From: Lingula anatina
Taxonomy: Eukaryota > Animalia > Brachiopoda
Assembly: GCA_051362555.1 (NCBI GenBank)
Contig: CM120647.1
Span: forward strand, 4,898,001 to 4,962,000
Length of the DNA stretch: 64,000 nt
Direction of reading: 5' to 3'
The notes under the pieces: model-generated
What the model was told of the DNA's origin: nothing
Database searches by the model: none
The model's input: only the letters and a program-made list of their open reading frames with translations
Translations under genes and position numbers: made by a program
Part shown: positions 13,760-22,666 of the stretch, piece after piece
Position numbering within the stretch: the first letter of the stretch is position 1
Layout: each line of letters starts with the position of its first letter

Positions 13760-14791
13760 CCCTCAAGTGACCGAGTGGGGTCATTTACGACCCCAGCCAT
13801 ATTATTTAATGTGCCATCTCTTTATTTTTTATTCGAATTTTCTTTCCTTGCATGAGTTTGTCAGTCTACTAATCCTACACACTTTCACAGTTTTTTGGAG
13901 AGATCAACCAATTAGTGTGGCGTATACATCACAAACTCTTGTGGGGTCATTTATGACCCCAAAGAGAAGCATTGGTTTTTAAATATTAGTTTTTAAATTT
14001 TATTCAAATGTTTTGCCCACGCAACACTGACAGGAAAATGTCACATGCATGTGCTTCATGCAACCAGCCAGTGTGCCCAAAACATAGGCACAAATAAGTG
14101 GTTTGTGACGATTGTGCTTGAAGTGTTACTACTAGTGCATCGCTGAATCTAATTTCAGTAGCCTTGTTGGAACTTGTTCTCATAACTGGTTCTCTCATTT
14201 TGGCGGTTACAATTTTCGGGTATTTCGGAAATGTAAAGAATACTGCCGATATCATATTATACATATATTAACAAATTGTTTGTGTGGGGTTTTTTATACA
14301 TAGATGTGGTAGTAACATACATGTAGGTTGATTGAATGTGTTCTGAGTAGTATGACTTCCTTACCAGCATTAGGGTATTCCCTACTCAGCAAGTCAGCTT
14401 ATTATTCTTATTCAAGTTAGCAGGATGCTATCTCAACATAAGTCAAAATATTTTTACTCAAAGTAATTTTGTAATATACTTTTTTCATTTAGTGTGGCAA
14501 ATAAAAAGAGAAATATTTCTGCAAGTGGAAACTGACAAGGACTGTCTAAATACCGGTGTAATGTTGTTCTTAAAATCTGTGCTTGGTTATTTCATGCAAT
14601 AAAAGTATTATTACCAAATACTTATTACATTAGAGCATTATAAAATACTTGTCTTAAATCCTGGGAGTAGTATAGGTGTGATAAACCCTCAACAGCCTTT
14701 AATAATAAGGATCCCTGTACAGAGCACAATGGGGTCATAGATGACCCCACTTGGTCATTTCAGTCAGTAAAATAGCTTGGTCTCTTGAGGG
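13760..14791 (-). mobile_element. Non-autonomous piggyBac derivative inserted in the left Polinton TIR
   Basis: TTAA|CCCTCAAG ... CTTGAGGG|TTAA with internal GGGGTCAT..GACCCC repeats. Removing it restores the TIR match. A minus-strand remnant ...CMKH...CQCC* resembles the piggyBac C-terminal Cys-rich domain. Confidence 0.88.
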
Positions 14792-15867
14792 TTAATGGTG
14801 ACAAAAGGTGGGGCTTTTTAGTAAGAGTGGGGCTTCTTAGTAAGCATTTTTTTTTGGTAATGAAGGGGCTTGTGGGGCTTCTTAGTAAGCTGCTATTTTT
14901 AGCCACCGACTCGGTTACAGCTCTTGCTGCGTTTAGCAAGAGCTGTAAACAGGAGCTGTTTTTAACTATTTACTTGGATTAGGTAGAAGTAGCTTCTCGT
15001 TTATTTTTAAAGTAAAAAAAAATATAGATCAAACTGTTTTATAATCACAACTTAGTGCATCTGCCCCCAATGACCACTGGGCTGTTGATGTAAACATCGG
15101 GCGTGGGTATGTGTGAATGGGGAGTGTGCGCAAGAATAACAACAACGTCTTAATAAAATAGAACGAACAACGGCCGTCCCGTAGCCCTTGACAACACTAA
15201 ACGTGTGAGATCCCCTTTGTTAGCGAAGTTTTAGAAAACGTGTTGACATTATAATTTCATCTCTCTTGCCGGACCCACGGGTCAGCACTGGTCATTTTAC
15301 GATGTGTGTCTTCTCGAAACTTCTCATTGTAATTTTAAATCCCCTTTGCTAGCGAATTTTAATGACGATTATTTTATTACATAAAACGTGTAATTTATTC
15401 CCTGTTGCTGGACCCACGGGTCGTTGCACTGGTCATTGTAACTTTAAAGTTTTGAAGTTTTAGAAAACGATTCATCTCTATTGTCCGACCCCACGTCCCA
15501 CCGTCAACATCAGTCAAATGTAAGACAATTGACATCGAAACATCCAGAAAGTTCGTTTTGTCCTCTTCAAACCGCATTGTCAGCGAATTTTAATGACGAT
15601 TATTTTATTATATAAAACTCATTGACACTTTAATTTGACGGATGTTTGCTTAAATAAAATGTGAAGCGATTTTCCAGAACGTTCGGCAGTTTTCTTTCAA
15701 GACGCTTATACGAGGGTATGACAATTGACATCGAAACATCCAGAAAGTTCGTTTTGTCCTCTTCAAACCTCATTGTCAGCGAATTTTAATGACGGTTATT
15801 TTATTATATAAAACTCATTGACACTTTAATTTGACGGATGTTTGTTTAAATAAAATGTGAAGTGATT

Positions 15868-15974
15868 TTCCAGAACGTTCCAGAACGTTCTTTCAAGACG
15901 ATTATACAACGGCGTTCCTTGTAAAGATTCTCCGACGTAATACACGACTGTCATTGTATTTTGCTGTATAAATA
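15868..15974 (+). promoter_or_regulatory. Five-unit heat-shock element plus TATA box
   Basis: TTCcaGAAcgTTCcaGAAcgTTC at 15868-15890 (alternating nGAAn pentamers); TATAAATA at 15967-15974. Confidence 0.65.
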
Positions 15975-16006
15975 CGGAGAAATCTGACAGACTTCTCATC
16001 CTAAAC

Positions 16007-16689
16007 ATGGAATTTTTCCTCTATCGCTGCGTCAGGTGCAAGCACCTGGTTCTAATTTTTTACAATGAGGATGTGATGGTGGAAGTGTTCAGAGTGGACG
16101 TAAGTATCTTTTACATCATATATTCTAACGATTCATGCAGACAATTGTGCATAGTTTTATCATACGTATTTATTTAGTGTTTTATTAAGTATTTTCGATA
16201 AATATTTTAAATTATATAATTTTTTTACAGGACTCGGAAGACCCGTTCGATGTGACGGAGGGGGAACTGTATCGGTACCCCGTGGAAAAGGTAAACACAA
16301 CATTTATTCATATATATCTAATAGAATGTCTCCTAGCATACTGCGTTAAAGTGGGAAACATACATAAAGATATACACTGTCCAAGATTACCTAAAAATCC
16401 GTCGACGAAGCAATAATGAACATTTTTTCTTTTTACATATATTAGACGTCACTATCGACGGGTAGCAGAGCCGGTAATTTAGCCGGGTAAGTTTTGTTTA
16501 CCACATAAGATAATGTCGTTGCATAGATTGCTAAAACGTTTTACATAATAATATGTGAATGTAAATTTGTCATTTACGGGTAGATAGAGAATAATTATAC
16601 CATGCTAGAAGCTCAAAAGCCTTGTTTGTCTCCGTAATTAAGCGTTCTTTTTTTTTTTCAGAGATGGACACGCACGGAGTGATCTTTAA
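16007..16689 (+). CDS. Four-exon 73-aa Polinton microprotein of unknown function (exons 16007-16099, 16231-16290, 16446-16486, 16662-16689)
   Basis: All three introns are GT-AG (donors GTAAGT, GTAAAC, GTAAGT) with pyrimidine tracts and compatible phases. TATA upstream, AATAAA at 16826. Product MEFFLYRCVRCKHLVLIFYNEDVMVEVFRVD-DSEDPFDVTEGELYRYPVEK-TSLSTGSRAGNLAG-DGHARSDL. Confidence 0.6.
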
Positions 16690-16820
16690 AATATAGCGAA
16701 TATAGTAAATGTATCACGCACAGGATGATCTTTAAAATGTAGCAAATATAATAAATGTATCACGCACAGGGTGATCTTTAAAATTTAGCAAATATGTATC
16801 ACGCACAGGGTGATCTTAGA
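16668..16820 (+). repeat. Four imperfect tandem copies of a 40-47-bp unit
   Basis: CACGCACAGG(A/G)TGATCTTTAAAAT..AGC.AATAT repeated. Confidence 0.8.
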
Positions 16821-17821
16821 GAAAAAATAAAAATAATTGAAAATGTAAATCTGTAGTTGTTTTTTTCTTTTGCACGATACATTTCCAGTATATTTAACTT
16901 ACCATTTACGGGCTGTCCAGAACATTTTCAATTCAAAGATCGTGGTGTTGTATTTTTCCACAAGCAATCATGTTGTCCGTATGCTTTAAACTGGTCAGTT
17001 TTAAATAATCCATAATGGCTGGAGAATGTCGGATGTATGTCTCGTCCAAACGGCAAGAATTTACGAAAATGACTTAGTTAGGGAGGAAAAGACTGTTTGT
17101 GTTCAATATAATCTTTTCTTACACATCGCTCCTAGCGGCATAGTGACTGTTTATTTATACACCTCTCGCACTATTTACGAAAATGCCACCGACAAAAGAC
17201 TTACTTAGCGAGGCGCTTATACATTGAATAGACCGATAGAATAATATAAATCTTTCCTCGCAAGCAGAAAAGATTAAACCGCTCGGGCAGTGTTTGAAGT
17301 CGTGCATTGCACTGACTGACCTTGCAGCACTAATGGATAGAAATACGGGGGTTTTTATCGCAATAAATCAGTTGAAAAAATCTTTACTTTGTTATTTTTT
17401 TAAAGCTAGGTGAGGGTTAAGAGCAATAGTGGGAATTCATTAAGTACGCGTTTAATGCAAACATTTTATCACCGACGTTAGTAATATACATTTCTTCTGA
17501 CCCCGCGTAGGGCTTTTGCTGTCAACGCAGACACATTGCGTTTGGTGAGAGCCGTTGACCAACACAACGAGACTTACTACCTCAAGGCAATATCGCACTG
17601 CGACTGGTGAGAACACTTGTACAGCAAAAGACACCAAGCACAATGGGCATGTTTGACACACAGGCTTTATTAAATTAAAAGAAAGAAAAAGATACATTGG
17701 ATAAATTGCGATTAAACGAGCAAATACATAGAGCTGTGCATTATAATATCCAAATAATAACATTGACAGTTAAACACATCACGCAGAGTCTGATAAATAT
17801 AAATAATTAAGTCCACGCAAT

Positions 17822-18583
17822 TTACAGTTCATACACTTGATCGTAGCAAGATTTCAAGGCGTCTTCGGGGCATGGGAAACCGTTTGCTGCAACCACGTCG
17901 TGTATAAGTTTCTCGCGATCCTGAGCTACGCGCTGGATCAGAGCAAAAACGTAAGGGTCGTCCTTCAGAGCTTTAGTAGAGCAATAAATCTCGTAGGCCC
18001 GTAGTACGACGCTGCTGTCGACATGTCGAAATGCTTCTTCAATAAACTCATAAACCGAAACGCTCCATACTGGTTCGATACAAGCATGTTGCTTTTGGCT
18101 GGGGTGATCGATGGCACAGCCGTGGCAATCTTCACTCTTCAGTTGCACGATTTTCTTCGTTAGGAAATAGCTGTAGATAAGGCGCACAATATCTGTACCT
18201 GGCGGTGGACCGGCGGCGGCGTCTTTTTTCTTGCCTAGAGCTGCGTCGATCTTCGGGAACAGCCGCAAGAACGCCAACCAATCTGTATTCCCCATCTCGA
18301 TGACCGCAGCAGCGGATTCACCCTCTGCGTAGCTGATCTTGACAGGGGAGCTTTTGCCGTCAAACGACAGCGTGTAGCCATCGCAGAACGGGACTGCCAA
18401 AACTTGCTCCTTCAACAAGGCCTCTTCAATTTCTTTTGCGTGTCTCTTGACATGACCCCACACGGTAGAGTTAAAACGGATTTTGCGCTTGGTCTTGTCC
18501 GTCAACACGATCAAAATTTCGTTTTGTCTGTTATAACAGACGGTTGCACAAAACGCTGTACCAAAGGGTAGAAATGTCGCCAT
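17822..18583 (-). CDS. Polinton accessory protein with CxGCxxxHPSQxxHxC motif
   Basis: 253-aa ORF containing CHGCAIDHPSQKQHAC, a motif I recall from animal Polinton proteins. TATA-like TATAAAAA lies about 45 bp upstream on the minus strand. Confidence 0.8.
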   Translation of the reverse strand: MATFLPFGTAFCATVCYNRQNEILIVLTDKTKRKIRFNSTVWGHVKRHAKEIEEALLKEQVLAVPFCDGYTLSFDGKSSPVKISYAEGESAAAVIEMGNTDWLAFLRLFPKIDAALGKKKDAAAGPPPGTDIVRLIYSYFLTKKIVQLKSEDCHGCAIDHPSQKQHACIEPVWSVSVYEFIEEAFRHVDSSVVLRAYEIYCSTKALKDDPYVFALIQRVAQDREKLIHDVVAANGFPCPEDALKSCYDQVYEL

Positions 18584-18648
18584 CGCTCTCGGTTGAGTTT
18601 AAGCACGTCTGTGGGATTTGTCCGCGTTTTTATAGAGGAAAAAGAAAA

Positions 18649-19137
18649 TGAGTCACGAATCTGGAACATTCTTACTGCGTAATATCTATTTTACTGTTCT
18701 GGAATATTCTCTCTTTGTTTATTCTCTGTTATAGAAAAAAAAAAAAACCGCTGAGTCACCGTTCTGGAATATTTATATATTCTGTGTAGGATTGAGTCAC
18801 GAATCTGGAACATTCCTATTATTTTCCGAATATTGTATAACCGGTCTTTAATCAGAATTTCAATAGACATTTTCTAGAACATTCTATAATACAATACTAA
18901 GAGAGAGTTGAGTCACGGATCTGGAACATTCTTATTATCTTTATAGCCAGTTTTAACCGGTTTTCTAATATTGCATAACCGTCTTTTAATCAGAATTTCA
19001 ATAGACATTTTTCTAGAACATTCTATAATATAATACTAAGAGAGAGTTGAGTCACGGATCTGGATCATTCTATGACATAACCTATTTTGTCTGGTTGAGA
19101 AAAATACCGAGTCATTGTATTACGCTGCATATAAATA
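18649..19137. promoter_or_regulatory. Divergent promoter region with repeated AP-1 sites and heat-shock elements
   Basis: TGAGTCA at 18649, 18752, 18793, 18909 and 19048; TTCnnGAAnnTTC at 18697, 18872 and 19011; TATAAATA at 19130. Confidence 0.6.
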
Positions 19138-19168
19138 TTCCGACGTTTAAAGGACTCGGATAGGCAAC

Positions 19169-19333
19169 ATGGATCACTCAGAATTATGGCAGAGCAATAT
19201 ATCCGACAGTGAATTAGTCGCACATGTGGAACAGTTTGAAATACAGCAAGGCTTTGAACACCAAACCACAAGCGACGATGAGCTGGCCGAGCATTTAGAA
19301 AAATTTGAAGAAAGCACAAAAAAACAAAGGTGA
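19169..19333 (+). CDS. Small acidic ORF (54 aa) or spliced leader exon
   Basis: MDHSELWQSNISDSELVAHVEQFEIQQGFEHQTTSDDELAEHLEKFEESTKKQR*, starting about 30 bp after a TATA box. It ends at a consensus donor AAG|GTGAGT. Confidence 0.5.
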   Translation: MDHSELWQSNISDSELVAHVEQFEIQQGFEHQTTSDDELAEHLEKFEESTKKQR

Positions 19334-19406
19334 GTAGTAGTACCAGATCAAACACGTAAACTGTTATAAAGTGCCGTGTTGTGCTATTCGAATGTCAGTT
19401 ATCACC

Positions 19407-20051
19407 ATGGGTGACGTGCGGTTTAAATCGCCTAGCACGATGCTTGTTTCTGGTCCGACGAAATGCGGGAAAACTACTTGGGTGAAAAGTCTTCTGCTAA
19501 ATGCGGGCAAAATGATATCTCCGCCTCCTGATAAAATATTTTATTTCTATTCGATCTGGCAACCTGTTTTTATTGAAATGGAAGACGTCGTCAACAACAT
19601 AACATTTGTAAAAGGCATACCGGTAGACTTTCAGCCTGAGCACTTTTTTGATGCAAATCTAAGCAATCTGGTTATTTTTGATGATTTATTCGCAGAAGCT
19701 GGAAGTGACAGTAGAATTCGCGATTTGTTTACCAAAGGTTCTCATCACTTGAACGTCAGCGTTATATTTATAACACAAACTTTATTTCCAAAGGAAAAGC
19801 AAGCCAGAACGATCTCCTTGAATAGCCACTATATCGTGCTTATTAAAAACCCGCGCGATGTTCTCCAAGTAAGAACCTTAGCCACACAAATGTACGGAGA
19901 GGCAAGCGGTTTTCTAGACGTGTTCAAACAGGCCACGGAGAAACCGAACGGTTATCTACTGATCGATTTAACCCAAGACTGCCCAGACGAGATTCGTTTG
20001 AGAACTCGCATATTTCCGGGAGAGACGCAAATTGCGTTCGTGCGTGCTTGA
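19407..20051 (+). CDS. Polinton packaging ATPase (A32/FtsK-HerA family)
   Basis: Walker A GPTKCGKT, Walker B VIFDD, HHLNVSVIFITQ, RTISLN. The start ATG is uncertain (19392 or 19407). Confidence 0.93.
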   Translation: MGDVRFKSPSTMLVSGPTKCGKTTWVKSLLLNAGKMISPPPDKIFYFYSIWQPVFIEMEDVVNNITFVKGIPVDFQPEHFFDANLSNLVIFDDLFAEAGSDSRIRDLFTKGSHHLNVSVIFITQTLFPKEKQARTISLNSHYIVLIKNPRDVLQVRTLATQMYGEASGFLDVFKQATEKPNGYLLIDLTQDCPDEIRLRTRIFPGETQIAFVRA

Positions 20052-20156
20052 CGGAGAACACAAATATTTTGTTACTTTTCGTGTGTGCACAGATAATTGT
20101 TGAAAGACTGGGTTTGTTAACATTTGTCTTTATTATAACTGTTAGCGACAAGAAAG

Positions 20157-20870
20157 ATGTTAAGTTTAGGGGGTAAATTTGTCAATTACAGCAAACTACT
20201 TAGAGCGGCAGAAGAACCGGGGTCATCCCCAGACAGATTAGAATTGAGTCAAAGTACATTTAACCAGCATCGAATTGTCGACACATCAGCTTTGTATACC
20301 AACCATTCTGGTGGCGCCAATGGGAGTGACGTGTATTGGCAAAAACTGAGTGAAAGGTATAATGTCAAGACAGTTGTGTATTCATTCTCAGGCCACGCTA
20401 CAAGCAAGCCCTTTAGAAAAGTTCTGAATAAAAAAGAACTAAAAGATTCTAATGTGCATTTGCTTAGAGCCAACAAGTCACTGCACAGAAAGTTTCCCAC
20501 GGGCAAGACTTTTGTCGACAGTTTACTTCAACGTAACTGGTATCAGGTGATAAATTCCGACGCCGTTTTTGCTGTCGGAAAAGTTATCATGAACAAGATG
20601 GTTGACGGTGGAACAGGGTGGGCAGTGCAAATGGCGGTGGACAGTAATAAACCCGTCTACGTATTTGACTCTTTTAAAAACGAAAGGTCTGGGATGGAGG
20701 AAGGGTCAGGTCAATGGTACAGGTTTGATTTTGTAAGAAAAATGTTCAAAGTATATCCAGATGTCCCAGAACTCACACATAATTTCGCAGGAATAGGCAC
20801 TCGTGCTTTGACAGATAAGGGGAAATCTGCCATAGAGGAGGTATTTGAAAGAACATTTCAATGTAAATGA
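20157..20870 (+). CDS. SLOG-superfamily (YpsA/DprA-like) nucleotide-binding protein
   Basis: Intact 237-aa ORF with HSGGANGSD, RNWYQVINSDAVFAVG, GGTGWAVQMA, KPVYVFD and FAGIGTR, in the order typical of SLOG motifs. Confidence 0.72.
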   Translation: MLSLGGKFVNYSKLLRAAEEPGSSPDRLELSQSTFNQHRIVDTSALYTNHSGGANGSDVYWQKLSERYNVKTVVYSFSGHATSKPFRKVLNKKELKDSNVHLLRANKSLHRKFPTGKTFVDSLLQRNWYQVINSDAVFAVGKVIMNKMVDGGTGWAVQMAVDSNKPVYVFDSFKNERSGMEEGSGQWYRFDFVRKMFKVYPDVPELTHNFAGIGTRALTDKGKSAIEEVFERTFQCK

Positions 20871-21091
20871 AGATTTTTAGTTTGAATTACGAATACTATC
20901 CAACCGTGTTTCTGTTTTATGCAAATAATGGACGCAAATCGGCGCGTATTAGACTGGGAACACAAATACGCATAAATATCGAACTTTTCGTATGTGCCCA
21001 GTCATTTTGTTGATGGACATCGGAACATCCACAAGACATTTAGTCGTTGACTATGAATATTTGCGAAGCGTCCTTTTTGTGGTAGTATAAC

Positions 21092-21433
21092 ATGAAAGCC
21101 GGGACCGAAAAGTTATTTCGTGTTCATGTCAAATTGCTTTCAATAGCCGATAAGAAATTGATACGTGGTATAATAGAAAACGCTTCCTACGATCTCGTTC
21201 GAATTTTGTGTAACTTTGCTGCAAATTTACTGTACAACAGGGACCTTAAACTAACTTTAAAAGAAAAATCGGGTTTACGCAGAGTCAAACGCGTCGTCGT
21301 TCGGCTGGCTGATAAAAAAGTATCCATACAGTCCAAGAAACAACTTTTGTTACGAAACACGCCTGTGGTTAAAGCAATTTTAAACCCGATATCAAGAAAT
21401 GTCAAGCTTTCGGAAAATGGTCTTGATAAGTGA
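21092..21433 (+). CDS. Small basic Polinton conserved protein (PW-like)
   Basis: 113-aa basic ORF with LCNFAANLL..LKLT..K..L motif, next to the ATPase/protease module. Confidence 0.65.
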   Translation: MKAGTEKLFRVHVKLLSIADKKLIRGIIENASYDLVRILCNFAANLLYNRDLKLTLKEKSGLRRVKRVVVRLADKKVSIQSKKQLLLRNTPVVKAILNPISRNVKLSENGLDK

Positions 21434-22085
21434 AACCGAACTAAACGCCTTAAAACAACGGGTGAACAGCAGTTATTCCCCCTTTCAAGAAGAAACACTG
21501 CGATTGCAAAATGAAATGGCGAAGACTATGCAAAGGACCGACATACCTTTTGACGAAAAAATGAAAATGTACAACGATTTGCAAGTTAAGTATTTGAAGA
21601 TTGCGCGAAAGAAGGAGCCTGTTGCTGTAGTGGTACAGAATTCGCCGGCGCCCTCCACACAAAACGTATCAGCACCAACAGACACCCCTCCCGTAAAGAC
21701 AGAAGACGTTCCTGTAAAACCCTATATTAACAAAGAGATATTGGACTCGATTCCACAAAGGATGCGAAAAAAGGCTGGGGTAGTCCTGAGATACATGTCT
21801 AACAATCCTAGTGTATTGTCCTATAATGAACAAGGGTTATTGAAATATAATGGGAGTGTAATAGAAGGTACCAACATTGTAGATTTGATGAATGATCTTT
21901 ACGTATCACGTAAAACGTATACCCCTACCGGTCTTTCTGCCTTTCTGCAGGGTTTAAAACGTCTCAATGTACCGTTGAATTCTATCTCAAACACGAAGCG
22001 GCGTAAACAGATTGCAGATGGAGATACTTCCTCTGCCAGAAGTCAGATGGGTTCGGGTAATTTAGCTTCATACAACATATATTGA
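21399..22085 (+). CDS. Polinton conserved hypothetical protein
   Basis: 228-aa ORF with RKMVLI start and YNEQG.L.YNG..IEGTNIVDL motif; AATAAA follows. Confidence 0.75.
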   Translation: MSSFRKMVLISETELNALKQRVNSSYSPFQEETLRLQNEMAKTMQRTDIPFDEKMKMYNDLQVKYLKIARKKEPVAVVVQNSPAPSTQNVSAPTDTPPVKTEDVPVKPYINKEILDSIPQRMRKKAGVVLRYMSNNPSVLSYNEQGLLKYNGSVIEGTNIVDLMNDLYVSRKTYTPTGLSAFLQGLKRLNVPLNSISNTKRRKQIADGDTSSARSQMGSGNLASYNIY

Positions 22086-22135
22086 AACAACTGTTATAAA
22101 ACCATTTCTTTATTTTGCTTGAATAAACGTATTTA

Positions 22136-22666
22136 TTACATAAAGCCTAAAGACTTTTTTGATATGCAAGCTTGAAAACTAGTATTTACATAACTGGGTA
22201 TAATGAAATGTGCGTTAACATAATCGTACACTAAAATATCGTTGAATTGTTTATCACGAGAAAAACTGTTAAGAATTTGTCTTAAAGTTTTCCCGCGAGA
22301 ACGGTTTGTTAAATAATATAAACAGTATTGTCCACACACTTTCGTATAAATGCTCTGTAGTGTTCTGGTGTTGCGAGTCCACCCAGATGTAGAATTCTCG
22401 TCCAAAAAGCGTTTGAAAAAATCGCTATAGTAATAAGGTTCTTTGCCGAATGAGTCAAAAAATTCCCCAGTCCCGTTGTCGTCGAAGTAAAACGCGACCC
22501 AGTGCACACCAGGCCTGTCGTGTGGGTCAGTGTTTGCAATTATGCATGCGGGGTAATTCTTTAACTGAGCAGGCAGCTCGTCCGATGCAAATACTCCTCG
22601 AAAACAAGTGCTTGTAAACGGGTCAGTCTTAAGAAGACACACCAATTGTTTCGTGTTCATCTTCAA
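22136..22666 (-). CDS. Adenain-like cysteine (maturation) protease
   Basis: NTD..GVHW, FFDSFG, LQ...CGQYC give the catalytic His/Asp/Gln/Cys. Confidence 0.93.
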   Translation of the reverse strand: MKMNTKQLVCLLKTDPFTSTCFRGVFASDELPAQLKNYPACIIANTDPHDRPGVHWVAFYFDDNGTGEFFDSFGKEPYYYSDFFKRFLDENSTSGWTRNTRTLQSIYTKVCGQYCLYYLTNRSRGKTLRQILNSFSRDKQFNDILVYDYVNAHFIIPSYVNTSFQACISKKSLGFM

